A stretch of DNA of 63,484 bases from Clostridia bacterium (GCA_017959065.1 JAGDBK010000003.1:1-63484); one strand, 5' to 3'; positions 17,198 through 26,319 are shown, counted from the stretch's first letter. A program made the numbers and translations. Notes: generated by a model not told the origin, from the letters alone.

Positions 17198-18019
17198 ATG
17201 GAACCTGATAAGAAAGATATCCCGATTAACGGTAATCCGGCTGAAGACGATGAGGTCATTGAGTCTAACATCTCCAAAAGGCTGAGCGCGCTCGAGGGCG
17301 ATGTTCCAGACGGTAGCGTCGTTATTGAGGATTCCCCGAAGACATTCAAAGAGAAGATCGCCAATTTCTTTTTTCATTACAAATGGCCTGTCATTGTAAT
17401 CGGGGTTTTTGTTATTATTATGGCGGTGTGCATCGTCCAGCTCGCGACGAGGAAGAAGGCGGACATCCTTGTAATGTACGCCGGTCCCGCCGTACTCACT
17501 CCGGAACAGATAAACGCCGTCGAGGCATCGTTCGATACAATCGCAGCCGAACCGGGGAAATCACACAGCACTTCCCTCCTGGACCTGACTGTTTATACCG
17601 AGCAGCAGATCGAGGATCTGAAGAAAAAATCTGCGGAAGATGGGGAGCCGGTAGCGGTAAATTCGATCGCAATATACAATTCGAGGCAGAGATTCAGCGC
17701 TGAGATAACTGTAGGAGACACCTGTATAGTACTTGTCAGTCCGGAGATGTACAAATCAGTACACGATGCGGGAGGCTTCATGAAGCTTTCAGAAATAACG
17801 GACAGCCTTCCCGAGGGTGTTCAGGCTTATGATGACAGCGCCGTGATCCTGTCTTCGACGAATTTCGGAAAGAAGTTCGCAGGACTCAAGGATCTTCCTG
17901 AAGACACGCTTCTCTGTATGAGGAGGCTCAAGACTATGAGCGTCTTCACCGGGGTTCAGAAAGCTCAGGACAGCCACGCTTTTCATCTTGAGATATTTAA
18001 GAAGATACTGAACTACTGA
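17198..18019 (+). CDS. Hypothetical single-pass membrane protein
   Basis: ATG at 17198, 7 nt after AGGTGA. One transmembrane (TM) segment, WPVIVIGVFVIIMAVCIVQL. No recognisable domain. Confidence 0.6.
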   Translation: MEPDKKDIPINGNPAEDDEVIESNISKRLSALEGDVPDGSVVIEDSPKTFKEKIANFFFHYKWPVIVIGVFVIIMAVCIVQLATRKKADILVMYAGPAVLTPEQINAVEASFDTIAAEPGKSHSTSLLDLTVYTEQQIEDLKKKSAEDGEPVAVNSIAIYNSRQRFSAEITVGDTCIVLVSPEMYKSVHDAGGFMKLSEITDSLPEGVQAYDDSAVILSSTNFGKKFAGLKDLPEDTLLCMRRLKTMSVFTGVQKAQDSHAFHLEIFKKILNY

Positions 18020-18045
18020 CTGCTTTTAAACGGATAAAAACAAGT

Positions 18046-18087
18046 AGACCGGCTTTGTCTGGAAATTTCCAGAAAGCCGGTCTTTTA
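18046..18087. terminator. Bidirectional terminator between convergent genes
   Basis: Long hairpin AGACCGGCTTTGTCTGGAAA / TTTCCAGAAAGCCGGTCT with U-runs on both strands. Confidence 0.8.
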
Positions 18088-18100
18088 TCATTGTATCCGT

Positions 18101-20632
18101 TCAGGCAGTCGGTATATTCATGTGATCCTCAAGATGAAGAGTCACGGCTGCGTCCTGCCTGATCTTGTACTTGAGTATCTTGCCTGCCGCGTTCATCGGG
18201 AACGAGTCGGTGAAAATGATATATCTCGGGACCTTATGTTTGGCCATATTGGCCCTGACATAATCCTTGATCTCGTCTTCGGTGGCTGTGCAGCCCTCTC
18301 TGAGTACTATGCATGCGCAGACCTCCTCGCCGTATTCCCTGTCCGGAACTCCGACGACCTGGACATCCAGGATCTTCGGATTGGTATAGAGGAATTCCTC
18401 TATCTCCTTGGGATAGATGTTCTCTCCGCCGCGGATGATCATGTCCTTTATCCGTCCGGTGATCTTGTAGTAGCCGTTCTCGTCCCTGCGGGCAAGGTCT
18501 CCCGAATGGAGCCATCCGTCGCTGTCTATGACGGCGGCAGTGGCTTCAGGCATCTTGTAGTAGCCCTTCATAATGTTATACCCGCGAGCGCAGAATTCAC
18601 CGTCGGTGTTGTCGGGTAGGTCTTCACCCGTCTGCGGGTCAACGATCTTGCATTCAACCGCGAAGATGGCAGCGCCGACTGTATTTACCCTGGTCTCTAT
18701 GGAGTCCGTCGTCTTCGACATCGTTGTCGCGGGAGATGCCTCGGTCTGACCATATGTGATACAGATCTCGGTCATGTTCATTTTTTCTATGACATCGCGC
18801 ATGTATTTTATCAGGCAGGGACTTCCGGCCATAATGCCGGTCCTCATGTGACTGAAGTCGGTATGCTCGAAATCTGGATGCTTCATCATGGCGATGAACA
18901 TGGTAGGTACACCATGGAAACAGGTTATCTTTTCCAAATTAATGCATTTAAGTGCCTTGGACGGTGAGAACGCAGGGATCGGAGACATGGTGACCCCGTG
19001 CGTCATAGAAGCGGTCATGGCAAGCACCATGCCGAAACAGTGGAACATGGGCACCTGTATCATCATTCTGTCGGCGGTGGAAAGATCCATGCAGTCTCCG
19101 ATGGATTTTCCGTTGTTGACAACACTGTAGTGCGTCAGCATTACGCCCTTCGGAAAACCAGTAGTGCCGGATGTGTACTGCATGTTGCAGACATCGTCCT
19201 TTGATATTGCCGCGGCCCTTCTGTAAACTTCCATTACCGGAATGCTGTTGCCGCGCGCAACAGCTTCCTCCCATGAATAGCATCCGGGCTGGACAGACTC
19301 GCAGGTAATTACGTTTCTGAGGAACGGAAGTCTTTTTGAGTACAGCGGTTTATATTTGTTATGGGTAGCCAGTTCCGGACAGAGTTCCTTGATTATCTCA
19401 ACGTAGTCGGAGTCTTTGAACCTGTCTGTCATTACAAGAGTATGTGTATCAGACTGTCTGAGAAGGTACTCTATCTCGTGAATCTTGTAAGCAGTGTTGA
19501 CAGTAACGAGAACGGCGCCGATCTTGACCGTGGCCCAGAAAGTGATGTACCACTGAGGGACATTCGTGGCCCATATCGCTACGTGGTCTCCCTGCTTGAC
19601 TCCAAGCGCTATCAGGGAGCGGGCGAATGCGTCAACATCGTCCCTGAATTCCGAATACGTTCTTGTATAGTCCAGTTCAGTATACCTGAAGGCGTACTGA
19701 TCCGGAAACTCCTCCACCATCTTGTCAAGCACCTGCGGGAAAGTCAGGTCGATGAGATGCTCTTTCGGCCATACGTATTTACCGGTCTTCCGGTTGTTGT
19801 CGATGAGTTTTCCGCTTCCCCTGTCTGTGTCCACGTATCTTGACATGAAATTGGAGAAATGCGGGAATACAATTCCGGCCGCCTCTATCTCTGGAGCGTA
19901 GTTTTTGACCCACTCGAGCGATACATATCCGTCATAGTTGATGGATCTCAGTGCCTGCATGGCATCGTCTATCGGGAGATCGCCCTCGCCCATCAGCTTG
20001 TATTTGACTTTTCCGTCGATCATCAGAGAGTCTTTTATATGAGTGTATTTAATGAACATCCCTAGGTTCGTGATCGTCTGTTCTGGACTCTCGCCTTTGA
20101 ATCTGTACGGATGGTGAATATCCCAAAGAGCGCCGACGTTTTCGCTCTTGAGTTCAAACAGAAGGCCTGACAGGCGGGCTGTGTCGGCATAGACACCGTT
20201 AGTCTCGATAAGAAGGGTCACGTTCTTTTCCTCGGCATATGGAATAAGATCCTTCATTACTGAGAGAATGAGAGAATCATCCACTTCTCCGTCTTCGTCC
20301 GCATGTTCATCCGCGAGGATACGGATGAAATTCGAACCCAGATTATGTGCAAGATCTATGTACTCTTTGATCTCGGCAATGTTCTTTTCCCTGCGGTCGG
20401 CGAACTTGAGGCAGCATCCGGATGAAAGACATGGGATCTCCAGATGTCGCTTGTCAAGTTCGGCTTTGGTATTCTGTACGTTCTCCGCCTTAAACGGTTT
20501 TGCTCTGACGGAGAAAATGTCTCCGCCCAGACCTCTCATCTCGATCCCGGAAAAACCGAAATCCTTGGCCATCGAATAAATGTCCGACCAGTCAAAATCC
20601 GGGCAGCCAAGTGTGGAAAAAGCAAGTTTCAT
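18101..20632 (-). CDS. Fusion protein: N-terminal xylose-isomerase-like TIM barrel (sugar phosphate isomerase/epimerase family) plus C-terminal AMP-dependent acyl-CoA synthetase/ligase
   Basis: ATG at 20632 (MKLAFSTLGCPDF...), preceded by AAAAGGAGATACC. TIM barrel spans roughly aa 1-245. The ligase part has YTSGTTGFPKGV, GQTE, GWLHSGD and KILK motifs. It is one uninterrupted frame. The ORF-track extension to 20800 crosses the T-box terminator. Confidence 0.8.
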   Translation of the reverse strand: MKLAFSTLGCPDFDWSDIYSMAKDFGFSGIEMRGLGGDIFSVRAKPFKAENVQNTKAELDKRHLEIPCLSSGCCLKFADRREKNIAEIKEYIDLAHNLGSNFIRILADEHADEDGEVDDSLILSVMKDLIPYAEEKNVTLLIETNGVYADTARLSGLLFELKSENVGALWDIHHPYRFKGESPEQTITNLGMFIKYTHIKDSLMIDGKVKYKLMGEGDLPIDDAMQALRSINYDGYVSLEWVKNYAPEIEAAGIVFPHFSNFMSRYVDTDRGSGKLIDNNRKTGKYVWPKEHLIDLTFPQVLDKMVEEFPDQYAFRYTELDYTRTYSEFRDDVDAFARSLIALGVKQGDHVAIWATNVPQWYITFWATVKIGAVLVTVNTAYKIHEIEYLLRQSDTHTLVMTDRFKDSDYVEIIKELCPELATHNKYKPLYSKRLPFLRNVITCESVQPGCYSWEEAVARGNSIPVMEVYRRAAAISKDDVCNMQYTSGTTGFPKGVMLTHYSVVNNGKSIGDCMDLSTADRMMIQVPMFHCFGMVLAMTASMTHGVTMSPIPAFSPSKALKCINLEKITCFHGVPTMFIAMMKHPDFEHTDFSHMRTGIMAGSPCLIKYMRDVIEKMNMTEICITYGQTEASPATTMSKTTDSIETRVNTVGAAIFAVECKIVDPQTGEDLPDNTDGEFCARGYNIMKGYYKMPEATAAVIDSDGWLHSGDLARRDENGYYKITGRIKDMIIRGGENIYPKEIEEFLYTNPKILDVQVVGVPDREYGEEVCACIVLREGCTATEDEIKDYVRANMAKHKVPRYIIFTDSFPMNAAGKILKYKIRQDAAVTLHLEDHMNIPTA

Positions 20633-20640
20633 GGTATCTC

Positions 20641-20926
20641 CTTTTCGTAACGCGGAGACAAAACAAAAAGCTTTCGTCTCCTGAATATGACAAGAGACGA
20701 AAGCATTAATCTTCCGCGGTACCACTCTTATTGATGCCGTAAGGCACCCGCTCGTCGACACTAACATGTCTATCTCTGTAACGGGAGAAACCGTCAGCAC
20801 CTATTTTTAATTCAGCACTGCCGCTCCGCGGGGAGTAGGACAGATGACAATGCCGCCGTATCGCACCGAACTACGGCTCTCTGAAGACATTCTGTCATGT
20901 CCGCTCCGCATCACTGCGTTTAAAAC
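20641..20926 (-). promoter_or_regulatory. T-box riboswitch leader
   Basis: K-turn CGC-AGU-GA-UGCGG...CCGCG-GA-GCG. AG bulge AGAGA (20882-20878). Distal helix GCCGUA/UACGGC. F-box-like GGUUUCUCCCGUUAC (20792-20778). T-box core AAUAAGAGUGGUACCGCGG (20732-20714). Mutually exclusive antiterminator and terminator. Confidence 0.85.
20659..20704 (-). terminator. T-box intrinsic terminator (attenuator)
   Basis: GCUUUCGUCUC, 13-nt loop, GAGACGAAAGC, then UUUUUGUUUU. Confidence 0.85.
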
Positions 20927-20932
20927 ATCGTA

Positions 20933-20961
20933 ATTTTAGCATACGTATATGGTTTTGTCAA
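20933..20961 (-). promoter_or_regulatory. Sigma-A promoter of the T-box leader (TTGACA-17-TGcTAAAAT)
   Basis: TTGACA (20961-20956), 17-nt spacer, TAAAAT (20938-20933). Confidence 0.7.
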
Positions 20962-21032
20962 TAATAATGTTTCGCGATTTATTATATTAATATTTCACTC
21001 TTCAAATAATTAAACCAGACATATGTGCACAA

Positions 21033-21503
21033 TCAGTTTCCAAGAATGGACAGGAGCGGTTTTACCAAGGAGTATTTAGTCTTTGAAAGATAATCGACAT
21101 CGTCAATACTTCCGTTAGATTCGCATTCTTGAATATAACTGCTAATTATTGAATATGCATCTTTTCTTTCCAACAGTTCTGCCAGCGGGGGAAACCTGTC
21201 CTCTACGGTTTCCAGTCCTAGACTTAAACTATCGAAAGCATATAAGTCAGCTAAATACGGATAATTCAAGACCGTAATAAACAATGCGTTTGTAGTCATC
21301 TTTTTTGCTGTATCAAGGCTGACATAACACATTTCTCTTTTTGCGGAAGTATCTAACTCTGCCCATCCTTTTGAATCTGGAGTAACAGGATACTCATAAG
21401 GTGTATCAATAGTGTATGAATTATCAATTATAGTTTCATTGCCGAAGCTGCACCCAAAACTTCCCCCGATGAGAATACATAAAAGAATTATTAAAGGAAT
21501 CAA
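21033..21503 (-). CDS. Hypothetical small secreted protein/lipoprotein
   Basis: TTG start overlapping the upstream stop (TTGA). Signal peptide MIPLIILLCILIGGSFGC. Confidence 0.55.
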   Translation of the reverse strand: MIPLIILLCILIGGSFGCSFGNETIIDNSYTIDTPYEYPVTPDSKGWAELDTSAKREMCYVSLDTAKKMTTNALFITVLNYPYLADLYAFDSLSLGLETVEDRFPPLAELLERKDAYSIISSYIQECESNGSIDDVDYLSKTKYSLVKPLLSILGN

Positions 21504-22483
21504 GACTTTACCTGCTTTTTCTTTTTGCGGTCAAATATATTGATAACTCTGTTTTGTACCGAACTGTATTTCTGACAAAACTGTGCAGCAAGTCTGTCGC
21601 TCTGGCATTTACAGTGTTTCATAATATACAGCAAGGATTTTCCGTATAAGATACGCTCATTATCTTTCGCACAGTACAATGCAGCTTCATCGCAGGAAAG
21701 TTCCATTTCCGAATTACATCTCTCCGCTGCTAAATATACAAGCGGATTGAACCAGTGCAATGCGCGCGCAAATACACATATCATCTTTAACCAGACATCT
21801 TTTCGTTTATAATGAATTATCTCATGAGTTAAAACGCATTCCAATACATCAGTTGATAGATCCATCTGCGGTAAAACAATACTGGGATGGAGAAAGCCGT
21901 ACATCACAGGAACCGGAATACCGCTGCTGATCTGAAAAAGCGGAGCACGGGTTACAGATTGTTTTTCGCAGATCAGTTTATAGTGATTAGAATACTCTTT
22001 CTGAGGGGATAACAGTGTATTCTTAATCTTCCTGACATAATAACCATAGCGAATGAGAAAAAACGATATGTATATTATCATCCCTGCAAACCAGATATAT
22101 GAAAGGACAGCAATAAATGCCGCAGGTGAAAATACAGCTCCGGTTCGGTTGCTTTCTGTTTTCGGTATGATCCTGTCTGATTCAATTACATTATTCTGTT
22201 CGGAATATGGCATATCATTAACAAGCCCCGTTTCGAAACTTCCGGGTACTGAAAGCTCCGCTGTCCGGACAATGCTTTCAGAGGTCATTCTAACTGTAAA
22301 TAACGGACGGATGATCATTGTTCCTAGCGGAAGACAGAGGCAAATAATTATCACAGTCCATACTTTAAAACGACAATTCGCAGTAAATCTGGTACCGAAC
22401 AGTCTAGAAAGCAGAAAGGTCAAGATAATCACAGACGATATCGTCAGTGAGGTCACTGCAAAAGTCAAAAACAATCCAGTCAT
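21500..22483 (-). CDS. M56-family (BlaR1/MecR1-type) membrane metallopeptidase lacking a C-terminal sensor domain
   Basis: HEIIH zinc motif and multiple TM segments. Only 327 aa, ending shortly after the peptidase domain. Confidence 0.75.
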   Translation of the reverse strand: MTGLFLTFAVTSLTISSVIILTFLLSRLFGTRFTANCRFKVWTVIIICLCLPLGTMIIRPLFTVRMTSESIVRTAELSVPGSFETGLVNDMPYSEQNNVIESDRIIPKTESNRTGAVFSPAAFIAVLSYIWFAGMIIYISFFLIRYGYYVRKIKNTLLSPQKEYSNHYKLICEKQSVTRAPLFQISSGIPVPVMYGFLHPSIVLPQMDLSTDVLECVLTHEIIHYKRKDVWLKMICVFARALHWFNPLVYLAAERCNSEMELSCDEAALYCAKDNERILYGKSLLYIMKHCKCQSDRLAAQFCQKYSSVQNRVINIFDRKKKKQVKS

Positions 22484-22497
22484 GTTAAAAGCTCCTG

Positions 22498-22884
22498 TTA
22501 ATCCTTTTTTAATTCGATACGCTTTTTTTCCAGGAGTTCAGCTATTTCACTGATCTCGTTTTCACCGATGTCATTGTTATCAAGAAGTGACGCCACCATG
22601 CTTTTTACAGACCCGCCCAGAATACTTCTGAGCATAATGGACTGATACTCATTTTTACTAATTGATGCTGCATAGAGATACGTGGAACTGCTGCGATTGA
22701 TTGAAATATACCCTTTTGTGCTGAGCCGTTTGAGCAGAACTGTTGCAGTCGGATTTTTCCATAAATGTTTATTTGAAAGCGCAGAAACGATCTCTGAAAC
22801 TGACATCTCTTTTCCGCTTTCCCATAACACACGCATAATGTCCAGTTCTGCTTCTGGAATCTGCCCTTGTTTTTGTAAATACAT
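22498..22884 (-). CDS. BlaI/MecI/CopY family transcriptional repressor
   Basis: MYLQKQGQIPEAELDIMRVLW... winged-helix N-terminus. I prefer the ATG at 22884 (purine-rich SD AGAGAGTG); the ORF-track ATG at 22911 abuts the operator. Confidence 0.75.
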   Translation of the reverse strand: MYLQKQGQIPEAELDIMRVLWESGKEMSVSEIVSALSNKHLWKNPTATVLLKRLSTKGYISINRSSSTYLYAASISKNEYQSIMLRSILGGSVKSMVASLLDNNDIGENEISEIAELLEKKRIELKKD

Positions 22885-22912
22885 TTTAATCACTCTCTTA
22901 TATTGAATCATC

Positions 22913-22965
22913 GTAAAGACAAAATGTCTTTACATCATAATAACACCTCGAAGACAATTTGTCAA
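22913..22965 (-). promoter_or_regulatory. blaI-operon promoter (TTGACA-17-TATTAT) with two GACA-N3-TGTC operator dyads
   Basis: -35 at 22965-22960 and -10 at 22942-22937. A perfect 9-3-9 dyad GTAAAGACA-N3-TGTCTTTAC (22913-22933) lies just downstream of the -10. A second dyad, GACAATTTGTC on the plus strand (22953-22963), overlaps the -35. Confidence 0.65.
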
Positions 22966-23034
22966 CACGTATCCAAAAATATTTATTCCCCTTTCCTACA
23001 TCCGCGCAAAACTCCGGTGAACCATAATTATTTG

Positions 23035-23070
23035 AAAAAAAACGACGCCCCCGAATCAACGGGGACGTCG
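23035..23070 (-). terminator. Rho-independent terminator after rpsU
   Basis: CGACGUCCCC / GGGGGCGUCG stem followed by U8. Confidence 0.85.
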
Positions 23071-23080
23071 ACAAATATTA

Positions 23081-23257
23081 TTATTTGTATTTGCGCTTTC
23101 TAGCAGCTTCAGATTTCTTTTTGCGCTTTACGCTGGGTTTCTCATAATGCTCTCTCTTGCGAAGCTCGGTAAGGACGCCGGATCTTGCACATTGACGTTT
23201 GAAACGTCTCAGAGCACTGTCAAGAGTTTCATTCTCTTTGACCTTGACTTCTGCCAA
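23081..23257 (-). CDS. rpsU: 30S ribosomal protein S21
   Basis: (M)[27 protein letters not shown]... I prefer the TTG at 23257, preceded by GGAGGGAGGG; the ORF track extends to 23293. Confidence 0.85.
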   Translation of the reverse strand: MAEVKVKENETLDSALRRFKRQCARSGVLTELRKREHYEKPSVKRKKKSEAARKRKYK

Positions 23258-23307
23258 TTTATATCCCTCCCTCCGAATGTGCAACAGAGACACGAATTTC
23301 TGCGGTT

Positions 23308-23336
23308 ATTATACATGAACGGATAACAGATGTCAA
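23308..23336 (-). promoter_or_regulatory. Consensus sigma-A promoter of rpsU (TTGACA-17-TATAAT)
   Basis: TTGACA (23336-23331), 17-nt spacer, TATAAT (23313-23308). Confidence 0.75.
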
Positions 23337-23462
23337 GCAAAATTTATAAATGCATCATTCGTTTTTCGCTCGTCAATCGCTGCACCTACAACACTTGTCA
23401 CGAAAAAGACCTGAAAGTGTCCGGTCATGTGCAGAAACTGTTTTATAACAGATGTACTGATT

Positions 23463-25865
23463 TTACCTGACCACAAAATTAATAATCTTACCGGGAACGA
23501 AGATCTTTTTGACTATCTGTTTGCCTTCCGTGAAATCGGCGATCTTTTCATCCTTCAATGCAGCTTCGATGGCTGATGCTTCGTCAGTTCCGGCAGGCAG
23601 CTTGATCTTTGATTTCAGTTTTCCGTTGATCTGAAGGACATATTCAACGGTTTCGGAGATCGTAAGGCTGTCGTCATAAGACGGCCAGGCGGAAAGCGAA
23701 AGCAGATTGCTGTGCCCCAGCTGTTCCCACATCTCTTCACAGATATGAGGAGCAAACGGACAAAGCAGAGAGATATATGTCTCGAGCTCGTTTTTGGTAA
23801 GTCTTCCTACCTCAAATATCTTATTGAGCAGCGTCATCAGCTGGGCAATGGCTGTATTGAATTTCATGCCGTCAATGTCGGAAGTGACTTTCTTGACGGT
23901 TCTGTGGAAATCCTGTTCAAGTTCTGGTGTAATGCCCTCCCCGCTGACTATGTCGGTCAGAGAGAAGACCCTCTCAACGAATCTTCTGCATCCGCGGATA
24001 CTCTGGGGAGACCAAGGCGCCGATTTCTCGAAATCACCGACGAACATTTCATACAGCCTGAGCGTATCCGCTCCGAACTCGGCTACTATATCGTCAGGGT
24101 TGATAACATTACCCTTCGATTTGGACATTTTCTCACCGTTTTCACCGAGGATCATGCCATGGGCGGTTCGTTTCAGATAAGGTTCGGGACAGGAGAGCAC
24201 GCCGATGTCGTAAAGGAATTTAGCCCAGAATCTTGAGTACAGCAGATGGAGAGTCACATGCTCCATGCCTCCGTTGTACCAGTCGACAGGCATCCAGTAG
24301 TCCAGCGCTTCTTTGGAAGCAAGCGCATCGGCATTGTGAGGGTCACAGTAACTAAGGAAATACCAGGATGAACCGGCCCAGTTAGGCATGGTGTCGGTCT
24401 CTCTTTTTGCGGGGCCTCCGCATTTCGGACAGACGGTATTGACCCAGTCCTCGCATTTTGAAAGCGGGGATTCGCCGTTGTCTGTAGGCTCGTAAGCTTC
24501 AATGTTGGGAAGCTCGAGCGGAAGCTCTTCCTCGGGGATCGGTACCCAGCCGCACTTCTCGCAGTATACCATCGGAACGGGTTCGCCCCAGTAGCGCTGT
24601 CTGGAAAAGATCCAGTCCCTGAGCTTGTAGTTTATCTTTCTGTTGCCGAGACCGTTCTCTTCAAGCCAGTCTATCATAGCTTTCTTGGCTTCTTCTACGC
24701 TTTTGCCGTTAAGGAATCCGGAGTTTATGAGAGTCCCGGTAGCTACATCGGTGAAAGCTTCTTCGGAGATATCGCCTCCGGCGACGACCTCTATGATAGG
24801 AAGGCCGAATTTTTTGGCAAACTCGTAGTCCCTCGTGTCATGAGCGGGAACTGCCATTATCGCGCCGGTTCCGTAAGTCGAAAGGACATAATCGGAAATG
24901 TATATCGGTATGGTCTTTCCGTTCGCTGGATTGATCGCCGAAACACCCTCAAGCTTTACTCCGGTCTTGTCCTTGGCCAGTTCGGTCCTCTCAAAATCGG
25001 ACTTTTTGGCTGCATTCTTCTGGTATTCGCGTACTTCGTCGATATTGGAAATGCAGTCGGCCCATTTTTCGATAAGTTTGTGCTCAGGCGACATTACAAG
25101 ATATGTGGCTCCGAAAAGCGTGTCAGCCCTGGTCGTGAAAACCTGGATACCGTCACCGGCGGTGGAACTGAATACGATCTCAGCACCTTCGGATCTGCCG
25201 ATCCAGTTGATCTCCTGCGTCTTGACTCTTTCAATAAAATCAAGATCCGCCAGATCGTCAATGAGCCTCTGAGCGTAATCGGTTATCTTGAGCATCCACT
25301 GGCTCTTTACTTTTCTAACGACTTCGCTTCCGCATCTTTCGCAGACGCCGTTGACGACTTCCTCGTTAGCGAGAACTACCTTGCACGATGTGCAGAAGTT
25401 GACGGTCATTTCCTTTTTGTATGCCAGACCGTGCTTGTACAGCTGGAGGAATATCCACTGCGTCCATTTGTAATACGAGGGGTCTGTCGTGTTGATCTCC
25501 CTGGACCAGTCAAAAGAAAAACCGATGGATTTCAGCTGTTCCTTGAACCTTTTGACATTGTTCTTAGTGACTGTCGCCGGGTGGATCTTATGCTTGATCG
25601 CATAGTTCTCCGTGGGGAGTCCGAAAGCGTCCCAACCCATAGGGAAAAGGACATTGTATCCCTGCATTCTTTTCTTTCTGGAGACTATGTCAAGAGCTGT
25701 ATAGGGTCTTGGGTGACCTATATGCAGTCCCTGTCCCGAAGGATAGGGGAATTCTACCAGAGTATAGTATTTCGGCTTTGTGTAGTCGTTTTTTGCTTCA
25801 AAAGCGTGTTCCGCGTCCCAGCGGTCCTGCCACTTTTTTTCGAGTTGTCTGTGATCGTACTTCAT
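23463..25865 (-). CDS. leuS: Leucine--tRNA ligase
   Basis: [16 protein letters not shown]..., HIGH-type motif (HIGH), KMSKS. The ATG at 25865 is 19 nt after the rsfS stop. The ORF-track extension overlaps rsfS. Confidence 0.9.
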   Translation of the reverse strand: MKYDHRQLEKKWQDRWDAEHAFEAKNDYTKPKYYTLVEFPYPSGQGLHIGHPRPYTALDIVSRKKRMQGYNVLFPMGWDAFGLPTENYAIKHKIHPATVTKNNVKRFKEQLKSIGFSFDWSREINTTDPSYYKWTQWIFLQLYKHGLAYKKEMTVNFCTSCKVVLANEEVVNGVCERCGSEVVRKVKSQWMLKITDYAQRLIDDLADLDFIERVKTQEINWIGRSEGAEIVFSSTAGDGIQVFTTRADTLFGATYLVMSPEHKLIEKWADCISNIDEVREYQKNAAKKSDFERTELAKDKTGVKLEGVSAINPANGKTIPIYISDYVLSTYGTGAIMAVPAHDTRDYEFAKKFGLPIIEVVAGGDISEEAFTDVATGTLINSGFLNGKSVEEAKKAMIDWLEENGLGNRKINYKLRDWIFSRQRYWGEPVPMVYCEKCGWVPIPEEELPLELPNIEAYEPTDNGESPLSKCEDWVNTVCPKCGGPAKRETDTMPNWAGSSWYFLSYCDPHNADALASKEALDYWMPVDWYNGGMEHVTLHLLYSRFWAKFLYDIGVLSCPEPYLKRTAHGMILGENGEKMSKSKGNVINPDDIVAEFGADTLRLYEMFVGDFEKSAPWSPQSIRGCRRFVERVFSLTDIVSGEGITPELEQDFHRTVKKVTSDIDGMKFNTAIAQLMTLLNKIFEVGRLTKNELETYISLLCPFAPHICEEMWEQLGHSNLLSLSAWPSYDDSLTISETVEYVLQINGKLKSKIKLPAGTDEASAIEAALKDEKIADFTEGKQIVKKIFVPGKIINFVVR

Positions 25866-25884
25866 CTTGAGTAAACCATCCAAT

Positions 25885-26319
25885 TCAATTATTGTCGTTT
25901 CCGCTTTCCTCTTCGGATACTTCGGACAGTGGTTCGCTTGATTTGGTCTTGAAAATCTCCGTTCCCTGGTTCCAGAGCTTTTCAAGATTGTAGAAGCTCC
26001 TTAAGTCATGGTTGAAAATGTGAACTATAACTGATCCGAAGTCAACGACGATCCAGGTACCTTCGTTGTAGCCCTCTATGCGAAGAGGCGGCTTGCCTTC
26101 CTCGCCGAGCTTGAACTCGAGTTCGCTGGCAAGAGCCTTGATCTGCGTGTTGGACGTGCCTTCGCACACGACGAAATAGTCTGCGAGGATAGTCTGTTCC
26201 TCAACATGGAGTAGACTGATGCTGCGAGCCTTTTTCTCATCAAGGACAGCTATTATCCTGTCCGCAAGCTCAGCCGCCTGTCTTCTTTCCTCTTCGTCTG
26301 CCTGATTTTCTTTTTTCAT
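25885..26319 (-). CDS. rsfS: Ribosome silencing factor
   Basis: [19 protein letters not shown]...[15 protein letters not shown] prefer the ATG at 26319 (SD AAGGA). Confidence 0.8.
   Translation of the reverse strand: MKKENQADEEERRQAAELADRIIAVLDEKKARSISLLHVEEQTILADYFVVCEGTSNTQIKALASELEFKLGEEGKPPLRIEGYNEGTWIVVDFGSVIVHIFNHDLRSFYNLEKLWNQGTEIFKTKSSEPLSEVSEEESGNDNN

Noticed and set aside
16879-17377. Two minus-strand ORFs (161 aa and 98 aa) across the divergent promoter region
   Set aside because: They overlap the consensus promoter, the oxidoreductase 5' end and the antisense of the membrane-protein gene. They have no SD and a low-complexity translation.
20633-20800. 56-codon N-terminal extension of the ligase-fusion ORF in the ORF track
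   Set aside because: The extension reads straight through the T-box terminator and the T-box core. The ATG at 20632 has a proper SD and begins the conserved TIM-barrel N-terminus.
20821-20909. 9-nt direct repeat CCGCTCCGC (plus strand) at 20821 and 20901
   Set aside because: Both copies fall in the base of T-box Stem I (the two K-turn strands and the Stem II start). RNA-structure constraints explain them, not a mobile-element or repeat feature.
24840-25874. 344-aa plus-strand ORF
   Set aside because: It lies entirely antisense to leuS, whose translation has unmistakable LeuRS motifs. It has no SD or promoter, and its composition is low-complexity, typical of a shadow frame.
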